A program made the translations under genes and the position numbers. DNA of 33,931 nt from a virus (Duplodnaviria > Heunggongvirae > Uroviricota > Caudoviricetes). The notes beneath the pieces are model-generated. The model was given only the letters and a program-made list of their open reading frames with translations, was not told the DNA's origin and did not search any database. The DNA is taken from IMG/VR virus record IMGVR_UViG_3300031992_000025, positions 1 to 33,931 of that record. One strand, written 5' to 3'. Below are positions 17,415 to 27,106 of this stretch, one piece after another; the stretch's first letter is position 1, and each line of letters begins with the position of its first letter.

Positions 17415-17792
17415 ATGAGAGACCCAAAAAGAATTGATGTAATTTTACAAGAAATTAGTAATATTTGGCATAAATACCCAGATATGCGTTTAGGTCAACT
17501 AATTGGTAATGTTTTAGAGGGTGCATCACTTTATTATGTAGAAGATGATGGACTTATTGCAGCTTTAAAAGATATGTATAATGAGGCCAAAGAATCTGTT
17601 AAATTTGATGATGATGCATACATTTTTGATTTAATTAAAAAAGACCCAGAAGAGCTTGGTTTTGTGGTACAAGCCAAAAACTTTGAAGAGTATATATCGA
17701 CTTATACAGATATTGGTGGAAAAGCAGAAGATGCTGTTTATAATGAGATAGAATTTAAGGCTTTAAAGAGCTATTTTAAAGATAAAAAATAG
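17415..17792 (+). CDS. Conserved phage protein (MRDPKRID...WHKYPDMRLGQLI, DUF1040-like), 125 aa
   Basis: Recognisable N-terminal motif; GAGG RBS. Confidence 0.6.
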   Translation: MRDPKRIDVILQEISNIWHKYPDMRLGQLIGNVLEGASLYYVEDDGLIAALKDMYNEAKESVKFDDDAYIFDLIKKDPEELGFVVQAKNFEEYISTYTDIGGKAEDAVYNEIEFKALKSYFKDKK

Positions 17793-17805
17793 CTAAAAAA
17801 TTAAC

Positions 17806-17880
17806 TGCTAAATTAAATACAAAACAAGCCACTTAGACCAAATCTTGGTGGCTTTATTTTATTTATAATTGGCTAAATTT
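17806..17880 (+). promoter_or_regulatory. TGCTAAATTA (17806) and GGCTAAATTT (17871) flanking an AAGCCAC/GTGGCTT terminator hairpin, upstream of nrdD
   Basis: Motif copies and a 7-bp stem with T tail seen directly. Confidence 0.5.
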
Positions 17881-17946
17881 AGTACATAAATAAAAGTTTA
17901 TTTATATGAACATATATTAAGAAGAAAGGGTATTTTTTTATTCTCT

Positions 17947-20127
17947 ATGACAGTAATTAAGCGTGATGGTAAAAAGGTAGACTTTGATGTCTATAAAATT
18001 AAAAAAGCACTGATTGGTGCTAATTCAAGATCTCAAGAGATGTCTGATGGTGACATTGAAAGAATTACAGAGATTGTTTTAAACAAATGTAATAAAGTAA
18101 CTGGAGATTTAAAAGTTGAAGAAATTCAAGATATTGTTGAAGATACTTTATTAAAAAGTAAGTTTAATCATACTGCAAAAGCATATATTCTTTATAGAGA
18201 CAAACGTACAAGAATCAGACAAGGCAAATCAAAACTTCTCAAAGAGGTTGGTGATAAGCTTATGGGTGTTCACATTGTTAATCAAAATGCTAATGTCGAC
18301 GAACGCTCATTTGGTGGTCGTAAAGGTGAAGCAGATAGCGTTTTAACTAAACAATATGCTTTAGACTACTGCATGTCCGAAAAGTCTAGAAATAATCATT
18401 TAAACAATGAAATTTATATTCATGACTTAGATGCTTATGCTGTTGGTATGCACAACTGCTTAAGTATTCCATTTGATGATTTACTAGCTAAAGGTTTTAA
18501 TACAAGACAAACTGATGTTAGACCAGCAAATTCAATTAATACTGCATTCCAACTTATTGCTGTAATATTCCAATTACAAAGCTTACAACAATTTGGAGGA
18601 GTTTCAGCAACTCACTTAGACTGGACAATGGTTCCATATGTTAGAAAGTCATTCTATAAACACTTTAATGATGGTGTTAAGTGACTCTATGAAGATGAAG
18701 ACTGTATAGAGCTTAAGCCAGATATGCCAATTGATGATGCTCAATATAAGTGGTCTGGTTGGGGCGATAAAATTTATAAATATGCTTTAGAAATGACAAC
18801 TAAAGAGCTAAAGCAAGCCGTAGAAGGTATGTATCATAACTTGAATACTCTTCAAAGTCGCTCTGGAAACCAATTACCATTTACAAGTATTAACTATGGC
18901 ACTTGCACTTTATTAGAAGGTAGAATGGTTATTAAAGCTTTATTAGAAGGCAGTCTAAAAGGTGTTGGTAAGTTACATCGTACACCAATCTTCCCGTGTG
19001 GCATCTTCCAATATATGAAAGGCGTTAACGATAAACCGGGAACACCAAACTATGATTTATATCAATTAGCACTAAAGTCAACAGCTAAACGTTTATACCC
19101 AAACTATGCTAATGTTGACTGGAGCAATAATGCTGGGTATGATAGAAATGATCCTAAAACCTATTTCTCAACTATGGGCTGCAGAACTGCCAATGGTGCA
19201 GACATCAATGCAGAGCCTGGTGTAAATCCACAAACAAAAGATGGTCGTGGAAATATCTGTCCAGTTACAATTATCATGCCAACATTGGCTATGGAAGCTG
19301 GTAGAGACGTTGAGAAATTCATGGCTTTACTTAATACAAAAATCCATGAAGCTAAAGATATGCTAATTGAAAGATATGAATATATCTGTAGTCAATGTGC
19401 TGATTCTGCTAAGTTTATGTATGAGAATGGAACTATGATGGGATATAAGCCAGAAGAAGGTATTAGAAGTGCTATGAAGCACGGAACTCTCGTTATTGGG
19501 CAAATTGCTTTAGCCGAGACTTTAGAGCTTTTAATTGGCAAAAATCAATGTACTCCAGAAGGCATGGAATTGGCAAAACGAATTGAGCAACTATTCAAAG
19601 ATAGATGCGCTGAATTCAAACAAAGATACCACTTGAATTTCGGCGTTTATTACACACCTGCTGAAAATTTATGCTATACAGCAATGAAGAAATTCAAAGA
19701 AAAATACGGTATAATAAAAAATGTATCAGATCGTGAATATTTTACAAATAGTATTCACGTGCCAGTTTGGGAAAAAGTATCAGCTTTTGAAAAGATTGAT
19801 ATTGAATCTCAATTAACTGGATATTCAAATGCTGGTTGTATTACTTATGTCGAATTAAGTTCAGCTGCAACTGGAAACTTAGAAGCACTTGAGTCATTAG
19901 TTAATTATGCAATGGACCATGACATTCCATATTTTGCAGTTAATATTCCAAATGATACATGCTTAGAATGTGGTTATACAGGCGAGTTCAATGATCATTG
20001 TCCAGAATGTGGAAGCCATAATATTCAACAATTAAGAAGGGTGACAGGGTACCTTACTGGAAATTATAAAACAGCATTTAACTACGGAAAACAAAAAGAA
20101 GTAGAAGATAGGGTGAAACATATTTAA
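17947..20127 (+). CDS. nrdD: Anaerobic (class III) ribonucleoside-triphosphate reductase with ATP cone, 726 aa in code 4
   Basis: ATP cone MTVIKRDG; HNC; TMGCR thiyl-radical loop; CLECG..CPECG Zn site; RVTGYL glycyl-radical motif; the two track ORFs are in frame across a single TGA (18682). Confidence 0.95.
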
Positions 20128-20789
20128 TGAAAAATTTAACATTTACTTGGAAAACACAATTTATCTTTAAATCATTATTAGCTGGAGTTTTAATTGCTTT
20201 AGCTGGCGGAACATATTTATCATGTGGTTCACTTATTTCAAATCCAGATTTAGCTAAGATAGTTGGTTCATTCTTATTCTCAATTGGACTCATTGCTGTA
20301 TTAATGCTTGAAGCAAACTTATTTACTGGCAAGGTTGGTTATATTGATAGCTGACATAAGTTTGGATTAGCATGTGCTTGCTTAATTTATAATTTGCTAG
20401 TTGCTTTCTTAATTGGTATGTTGTATAAAGGCATTAATTTACCTGGAGCAATAAGTGGTGGTCCATTTATTAGTCGATTAGATAAGCATTGGTATAAAAT
20501 GCTTGCTGATGGCTTCGGTTGTGGCGCATTAATTTATCTAGCAGTTGAGCTTTATAGAAGAACTAAAAATGTTATTCCAGTAATTATTTGTGTTATGGCA
20601 TTTATTCTTAGTGGAACTGAGCACTGTATTGCGGATGCTTTCTATTTAGGTGCATCACAATTATCTTGGAAAGCATTTGGTTATCTTTGGTTAGCAGTTG
20701 TAGGAAATTCACTTGGAGCAGCTGGTGTTCACTGGCTGCAAGTCGGAGCTGAGAGACTTAATGAGATACCTGACAATATACAAAGATAG
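20127..20789 (+). CDS. Formate/nitrite transporter (FNT, FocA family), 220 aa in code 4
   Basis: NLFTGKVG, FILSGTEHCIAD (conserved His), VVGNSLG, multiple TM segments; fragments in frame across TGA 20352; TAATG overlap with nrdD. Confidence 0.85.
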
Positions 20790-21288
20790 TATTTCTGATG
20801 GCCCAGGCGTAAGAGTTTCTGCTTATTTTGCAGGATGCTTGCCTAATAAGTGTGGAAATAAGAATTGCCCAGGTTGTCATAATCCAGAAGCTCAGAAGTT
20901 TACTGCCGGTGAAGAATACACAGAAGAAACAAAGAATTATATTTTAGGTCTTTGCAGAAATCCATATATTGCTGGTCTGACAATTTGTGGCGGCGAACCT
21001 TATGACCAAGATGAAAATCAATTAATTGAGCTTTTAAAGGCTTTTTATGAGCAAAACCCAAATAAAAATGTTTGAATTTATACAGGTTATGAATTTGAAC
21101 AGATTAGAAATAGGGAACTAACAAAATATATTGATGTTGCTGTAGTTGGACCATTTATCTTAGAGCAAAGAGATATTTCTGATGCTAATAGATGGCGAGG
21201 AAGTAGAAATCAAAGAGTTATAAATGGACCAAAATCTTTAAAAAGCGGTCAGATTATTTTCTTGGAAGATATACCAAATAATGAATAA
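20761..21288 (+). CDS. nrdG: Anaerobic RNR activating radical-SAM enzyme, 175 aa in code 4
   Basis: SDGPGVRVSAYFAGC...CPGCHN, GLTICGGEP, V-[TGA 21073]-IYTGY, RWRGSRNQRVI; GGAG RBS for ATG 20761. Confidence 0.92.
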
Positions 21289-21316
21289 CCATATCTATTG
21301 ATATGGTTTTTATTTT
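21288..21316 (+). terminator. Terminator after nrdG
   Basis: ACCATATC-TATT-GATATGGT followed by a T run. Confidence 0.75.
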
Positions 21317-21325
21317 GCTAAATTA
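21316..21325 (+). promoter_or_regulatory. TGCTAAATTA motif, candidate late promoter
   Basis: Third identical intergenic copy. Confidence 0.5.
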
Positions 21326-21353
21326 AATGCTGTTGACTTGGGAGGTTAGCTGC

Positions 21354-21593
21354 ATGAGCTGTTGAAGTAAATATTCATATTACGACTATGAGGAAGCTTA
21401 TTTTCATATGCAGTATTATAAATGCAAAGAAATAGGAATGTATTTATTAGCCAACTTAGAAGATAAACACTCTAAAAAATTATTAAAACAACTTAAAGCA
21501 TTTGATCATGAATGAGAAGCAGTAAGTGCTGAAGACATAAAGCTTCTTTGAGATATAAAGGTTTGATTGATGGTAAATTGCAATTATTTTTAA
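21354..21593 (+). CDS. Hypothetical protein, 79 aa, visible only in code 4 (4 TGA, 0 TGG)
   Basis: GGAGGT RBS at 21341, ATG 21354, TAA 21591; the frame is interrupted only by TGA. Confidence 0.7.
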
Positions 21594-21665
21594 ATAATTG
21601 TATATTATACTAGGGTTCCCGGACGGTCCATAGCGATCCAGCCCTTTAGAGGAGAAAGTAAAGAT

Positions 21666-21905
21666 ATGGGTAAAGAACTTAAAGGTATTACAGCCAAAGA
21701 AGCTAGAAAACTAGCAGACGAGTCTGACTTTACACTCAGACATATTTATAAGGTAATTAGAGAACACGCAGAAGAAAATAGTACTTCTCTTGAATGATGC
21801 CTATGTGCTATAAGTAAACCAGCATTAGATGCTGTTAAAGCAGCTTTAAAAGAAGACGGTTTCAATATCGAATGCACAGATGATTCATTAACAATTAAGT
21901 GGTAA
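21666..21905 (+). CDS. Hypothetical protein, 79 aa in code 4 (TGA 21795)
   Basis: AGAGGAG RBS; fills the space up to a terminator. Confidence 0.75.
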
Positions 21906-21982
21906 TTTAAAACAAAAATTTTGGAGCTGGACATTAGTTTGGCTCTTTTTATTTATGTTATAAATATTGTATAATATATAGT

Positions 21983-23029
21983 ATGAGTGATAAGAAAAAT
22001 TTAGATTTAGCTAAGTTAAAAGCAGATGATGAATTCTATACTTCTTTTGCTGATATTGTCACAGAGTTATCTCACTGAACAAGTAAATTAAAAGATAAAA
22101 AAATTATTTGTCCATGTGATTTTGTTCCAACTAAAAAAATAAGCTCTATAACAATTGATTTTATTCAGAATAGATATTTTATTAATTCAGCTAAAAAGAA
22201 GGCTTCTGATACACCTTATTTTAATTTATTTGAGGATTTTGTAGTATCTGAGCCTGCAACTGAAATTTCTGAAAGCCAATTAAGAGAAATATTAGCTAAT
22301 CAAGAAGTAGTAAATTTTGTTAATTATTTATGAGCAGTCGGCAAAGAAGCTGGTATCAAATCTATTACAGCATCAGGCTATAATATTAAGTCTGGGCTTG
22401 GTGTCAGTTTTGATGAAATAGATTATAGCCAATATGATTTAGTTATTACAAACCCGCCATTTAGCTTGTATAGTTCATTTATGGAGTGCATCGGTGATAT
22501 TGATAAAATTATTATTGCACCATTTATGAACAGAGTTGCTCCATGTGTTGCTATTCCACTTATGGAAAGAAAAGCTTATTTAGGTTATGGAAGACATTTA
22601 GCAATGAATTTCAACAATCCAACTGGCGGTAAAGGTAAAAAGGTTGCAGTTGATTGGATTGTTTCTTGGTCTGATGCACAAGACGAAATAGACAAATTGT
22701 CCTGTAAAACTGGTATCAGATATGACATTTTGTCCTATAAAGACATGCCATATATGACAATGAAAGATGGAACAAAACCAATTAAAATTAATTCGGTTCA
22801 GCAAATTCCAGATGACTATAATGGCTATATGTTTACATCGGTTGCTGTTTTAGATAAATTAAGTTATAATGAGTTTGATTGGATTTGCACAGGTTGTAAA
22901 CGATATTTTAATAAAGAGCATCCAGAATTAAATCCATTTGCACATAATGTTTCAAATGAGATGATTGGGTATGGAACAGAAAATTCATGTTTTCATGGCA
23001 TTCTATTTAAAAGAAAGCGTATAATATAG
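21983..23029 (+). CDS. Orphan M.EcoRI-family adenine DNA methyltransferase, 348 aa in code 4
   Basis: NLDLAKLKADDEFYT...ELSH-[TGA 22076]...IICPCD...[TGA 22331]...DLVITNPPFSL; in frame with the 22466 ORF. Confidence 0.8.
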
Positions 23030-23030
23030 T

Positions 23031-23294
23031 ATGAGTAAAATGATTTATAAAAAAGATTATACTACAAAAGCTCAAAAAATAAAGCTTATAGAAAGTCGCG
23101 TTTTGGGTAGACAATATGTAGAGGATCTTATTTATACAGATATTGTAGACTTTGAATTGGGTGATGAATATAACTTACCTGTCAAAGAACTGAAAGAAGT
23201 TGAAAGATATATCCATGATCATTTTTATAGCATAGTAAATAGAAACATAGATCAAGTTTGGGAAGCAATTTGGGAGGACCTTAGCTATGCATAA
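23031..23294 (+). CDS. Hypothetical protein, 87 aa
   Basis: Operon spacing. Confidence 0.75.
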   Translation: MSKMIYKKDYTTKAQKIKLIESRVLGRQYVEDLIYTDIVDFELGDEYNLPVKELKEVERYIHDHFYSIVNRNIDQVWEAIWEDLSYA

Positions 23295-23748
23295 AACATG
23301 CTTTAATTGTAAATATTATCATGGCTGCTTAGCTGAAGCAGATCCGTCTCAATATCATATTCATGACTACTGTGAAATTTTTAAAACAATACTACCATTT
23401 GACATGGATACTGAGATAAATAAATTCTTAGATGACCATTGGCATACAATGTGTAAAGCATCTATTGGCTGTGACTATGGCTTATATGATGATAAAGAGA
23501 CTGGTGAAGCAAGCTGTTATTTATACAAAGATGCAGATAAAGAATTCTGGCCAGATGAAAGATTTGAAGCCAATAAAAAACATAACAGAGAGCTTGCAAT
23601 AAAAACATTAGAATATATGTTTGAAAAAGATGAAGTCTGGGATGAATTTGATGAGTATACTTGGTATAAATTAGATGATTATTTTGAAGACGAAGAATTA
23701 AATTATCTTAAAGATTTATTAAATAGATTAAAAGAGGAGAATAAATAA
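23287..23748 (+). CDS. Cys-rich hypothetical protein, 153 aa
   Basis: GGAGG RBS; CFNC..C motifs. Confidence 0.8.
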   Translation: MHKTCFNCKYYHGCLAEADPSQYHIHDYCEIFKTILPFDMDTEINKFLDDHWHTMCKASIGCDYGLYDDKETGEASCYLYKDADKEFWPDERFEANKKHNRELAIKTLEYMFEKDEVWDEFDEYTWYKLDDYFEDEELNYLKDLLNRLKEENK

Positions 23749-24260
23749 TGGCAATTAAAGTAATTAAGCATGGAACAAAGGTATTTAGAGCAGTTTGTCC
23801 AATTTGTGGCTGTGAATTTGAATATGAATATGAAGATTTAAAAACTGAATACGGGTTTGTTAGAGAGGTAAAATGTCCAGACTGTGGAAATATGGTTTAT
23901 CATCAAGAATATAAACCAGTTTATCCAAATAGCCCAACATGGCCAACTTACCCAAATTACCCATATATTACTTGGACAACAACTGGCACTGGAACAGAAT
24001 TAGATTGTGATAAATGTCCAAATAAGCCAGATCTTAGCCACCCCATTGTTGGTGATACTCCATGCACTTGGTGTAAGAAAAACCAACCATATTGTTTTAC
24101 AGGCGATAAATTCCCCGCTGATTATAAAGGTGGAGTTTATACAGTAAAACCAGAAAGCTACAAAGATACAATTACTACATTTAGTAATTTAAAAACAGAT
24201 GCTACTGATTGGTCTGGAATTAAGACAGCTTATACTACAAATACAATTTCTGAAAAATAA
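23748..24260 (+). CDS. Zn-ribbon protein with Pro/Thr-rich linker, 170 aa
   Basis: CPICG, CPDCG, CDKC, CTWC; YPNSPTWPTYPNYP. Confidence 0.75.
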   Translation: MAIKVIKHGTKVFRAVCPICGCEFEYEYEDLKTEYGFVREVKCPDCGNMVYHQEYKPVYPNSPTWPTYPNYPYITWTTTGTGTELDCDKCPNKPDLSHPIVGDTPCTWCKKNQPYCFTGDKFPADYKGGVYTVKPESYKDTITTFSNLKTDATDWSGIKTAYTTNTISEK

Positions 24261-24290
24261 TAGCAAAAAGCTATTATTTTTTTATTTTTG
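24253..24290 (+). terminator. Intrinsic terminator
   Basis: Perfect 12-bp AAAAATAATAGC/GCTATTATTTTT. Confidence 0.75.
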
Positions 24291-24301
24291 CTGTATAATA
24301 T

Positions 24302-24460
24302 AATGTGTGTAGGTAATATTTGACCCACATTTAAACCTTGCGAAAGCTAAATAAGAAAGTGGCGGGAAGCTCATATAGCACACATTTGAGTTGAGACGAT
24401 AGATAGCCGTTAGAAGAGGTTAATGAATTTTCCTGGATGAAACAAAAATTCTAGAACGGA
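24302..24460 (+). ncRNA. Candidate structured 5' leader RNA
   Basis: About 165-nt ORF-free leader after CTGTATAAT; AATGTGTG/CACACATT closing stem, GC-GAAA-GC loop, GAATTTT/AAAATTC hairpin. Confidence 0.35.
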
Positions 24461-24470
24461 GAACCAAAAC

Positions 24471-24623
24471 ATGGACAAAATTTTAAAAGCATTTGAAGGA
24501 CACGTCAGAGTTAATGACTCTAACAAAACAGTTGAAGTTTATACTGAATATGGTGTTGCTATGAGATTAACGGTTGACGAAGAAACATTAGCTGAATTTA
24601 AAAAGCATTATCCAAGTTTCTAA
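24471..24623 (+). CDS. Small hypothetical protein, 50 aa
   Basis: GGAGA RBS; followed by an AGCGCAAG/CTTGCGCT terminator. Confidence 0.75.
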   Translation: MDKILKAFEGHVRVNDSNKTVEVYTEYGVAMRLTVDEETLAEFKKHYPSF

Positions 24624-24703
24624 TTTATACTTAAAAATAAGCGCAAGCATGCAAAAACAAACACTTGCGCTTTTATTTTGGTATAAAAATTGTATAATAA
24701 AAT

Positions 24704-25285
24704 ATGGGAAATCTAATTAAGCATTTAAAAGTTGTTCATAAGCATAGAAAATATGTAAGAAGAATGTGTTGGAAAATGGGTTTATTCTGGCAAGGATTAA
24801 CTCATGATTTATCTAAATATTCTATTACAGAATTAAAAATTGCAAAATATTACAGTGGTGATAGAAGTCCACATGCAGTTTGTCGAGACACAATTGGGTA
24901 TAGCCCAAGCTGGATGCATCATTATCATATAAATAAGCATCATTGGCAATATTGGCTTGATATTGAAGATTGGCCAAGTAAAGTTATTCCAGTAAAGATG
25001 CCTTATAAATATGTTATTGAAATGCTTTGCGATATGATTGGTGCAAGTAAAGCCTATAATCCAAAAAATTGGGAACCTAAAATGGTTTGGAATTATTGGT
25101 CTACTAAATGTAAAGGCACAAATATTATGCACCCAGATTCTGAATATTTAATTGAAAAGCTTATTTGGAATTATTATCAGTATGGTGAGCTTGGCTTTAT
25201 TAAAGTTTATAAAGATCAAAAAAAATATTTAATAAAAGCATATAATAATGGCAGTATTCGAGATGAAGCTCTTATAAATTATTAA
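24704..25285 (+). CDS. HD-like protein (DUF5662-type), 193 aa; 10 Trp, all TGG
   Basis: HRKYV...GLTHDLSKYS...WMHHYHINKHHWQYW...EMLCDMIGA. Confidence 0.65.
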   Translation: MGNLIKHLKVVHKHRKYVRRMCWKMGLFWQGLTHDLSKYSITELKIAKYYSGDRSPHAVCRDTIGYSPSWMHHYHINKHHWQYWLDIEDWPSKVIPVKMPYKYVIEMLCDMIGASKAYNPKNWEPKMVWNYWSTKCKGTNIMHPDSEYLIEKLIWNYYQYGELGFIKVYKDQKKYLIKAYNNGSIRDEALINY

Positions 25286-25294
25286 TGAAAATTA

Positions 25295-25323
25295 TTTACA
25301 AATGCCTCTATTTATTGTATAAT
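25295..25323 (+). promoter_or_regulatory. TTTACA-N17-TATAAT promoter for def-ligase
   Basis: Exact spacing. Confidence 0.75.
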
Positions 25324-25342
25324 ATAAATAGAGGTTTTTATT

Positions 25343-25810
25343 ATGAACATTATTAAATATCCAAATGAAAAATTAAGAGAAATTTCAAAAACAGTTAAGC
25401 TTCCATTATCAGCTGAAGATAGACAAACTTTAGATGAAATGTATTCTTATATTAAAGACCCAGCTAATGGTGCCGTTGGTTTATCAGCAATTCAAATTGG
25501 CATTGCAAAAAGAATGTGTGCTATTAGAATTGTTGGTGATAAAACAATTGGTTATAAATTAGTTAATCCAAAGATTATTAAGCATTCAGCTAAAAAGTAT
25601 TATTTAGAAGAAGGTTGTTTATCAGTTGATGAAGAGCATCATGAATTAATTGGCAGGTATGACCAAGTTACAGTTATGGCTTATGATGCAATTCAAAATA
25701 AAAATATTATTATAAATGCTTCAGGTTGGCTAGCTAGAGTTTTACAGCATGAAATTGATCACATGGACGGAATTTTATACATTGATTATATTAAAAAGGA
25801 AGATGAATAA
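25343..25810 (+). CDS. def: Peptide deformylase, 155 aa
   Basis: GAVGLSAIQIG, EGCLS and HEIDH motifs. Confidence 0.93.
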   Translation: MNIIKYPNEKLREISKTVKLPLSAEDRQTLDEMYSYIKDPANGAVGLSAIQIGIAKRMCAIRIVGDKTIGYKLVNPKIIKHSAKKYYLEEGCLSVDEEHHELIGRYDQVTVMAYDAIQNKNIIINASGWLARVLQHEIDHMDGILYIDYIKKEDE

Positions 25811-27105
25811 TGTTAGTAAAATTTAAGCAATTTGTAGATGAAATTACGGCAGAAGCTGGACGAAATTATAAAATCTCGGTCTTAGAGAAATATAAAGATG
25901 ATGAAGATATTAAATATCTTTTAGATTTTATCTATAATCCATATATTACTACTGGTATTTCTGACAAAAAGTTACATAAAAAATTGTCAGATATTTGTGT
26001 TATGCCATATCTAAACTCAGATGGTTTTAAAGTACTTTTACAATATCTTAAAGTAAATAATACTGGCACTGATAAAGATATTGCACTTCTTCAAGATTTT
26101 AAAGTTAGACATTTTGGTTATTCTTATGACAGTGAACCAACTGAGTTATGTAAATTATTTGATACTATTGTTACTAAAAATGTTCAACTTGGTATTGACT
26201 CAAAGACAATTAATAAAGTTATTCCAGGTCTTATTCCAGAATTTAATGTTCAATTAAGTAATAAATATTTTGACAAACCAGAAGTAGTTGAAGGCAAAAA
26301 ATTTGCAATAACAACTAAAATAGATGGCTCAAGAATTATTGCTATGAAAGATGATGGCAAAGTTAGTTTCTGGACTCGTCAAGGCCAAAAGTATGAAGGT
26401 CTTGTTGATTTAGAAGAAGAATTAAAATCAATGACGTTTGATAATTTTATTTTAGATGGTGAAATTGTAGCTATTAATTCAGATAAAGAAAATACATATA
26501 AAAATACTATGAAATTAAGCCGAACAAAAGAGCTAGAAAAGCATGGCTTAAAAATGTTAGTATTTGATTATATGCCAATTGCTAATTTTAAGGTTCAGAA
26601 ATGCCCAATGTCATATGAGACAAGAAGAGCAGCATTATCTTTTATGTTTGAGTCTGCAATAAAGTATGAATACTTTGAATTGTTGCCACTTCTTTATGTC
26701 GGTAAAGATACTGCTATGATCACTAAAATTTTAGATGAACAAGTAGCTAATGGTGAAGAAGGCATAATGATTAATATTCTAGATGCTCCTTATGAATTCA
26801 AGAGAAGCAATAATCTTCTTAAATGTAAAAAGTTTCAAGATACTGAATTAAAAGTTATTGGCTTTGAAGAAGGGACAAATAAACTTGCCGGAACTCTTGG
26901 TGCCTTTGTATGCAAATATAAAGATAATGAAGTCAGAGTTGGCTCAGGCTTATCAGATGAAGATAGAGCTTATTTTTGGGCCAATAGAGACAAGTTTTTA
27001 GGTAAATTTATTACAGTTAAATACTTTGAAACTTCTGTTGATTCTAAGACAGGTTTAGAAAGTTTAAGATTCCCAATTTATATGAGAGTTAGAGAGGACT
27101 TGTAA
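25810..27105 (+). CDS. ATP-dependent DNA ligase, 431 aa
   Basis: KIDGSR (motif I), LDGEIV, EGIMI, LLKCK, OB-fold VGSG...LRFP. Confidence 0.9.
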   Translation: MLVKFKQFVDEITAEAGRNYKISVLEKYKDDEDIKYLLDFIYNPYITTGISDKKLHKKLSDICVMPYLNSDGFKVLLQYLKVNNTGTDKDIALLQDFKVRHFGYSYDSEPTELCKLFDTIVTKNVQLGIDSKTINKVIPGLIPEFNVQLSNKYFDKPEVVEGKKFAITTKIDGSRIIAMKDDGKVSFWTRQGQKYEGLVDLEEELKSMTFDNFILDGEIVAINSDKENTYKNTMKLSRTKELEKHGLKMLVFDYMPIANFKVQKCPMSYETRRAALSFMFESAIKYEYFELLPLLYVGKDTAMITKILDEQVANGEEGIMINILDAPYEFKRSNNLLKCKKFQDTELKVIGFEEGTNKLAGTLGAFVCKYKDNEVRVGSGLSDEDRAYFWANRDKFLGKFITVKYFETSVDSKTGLESLRFPIYMRVREDL

Positions 27106-27106
27106 A

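Noticed and set aside
17947-21288. nrdD, FNT and nrdG as pseudogenes or intron-split genes
   Set aside because: Fragments are in frame, separated by a single TGA with no inserted sequence, and all catalytic motifs are intact
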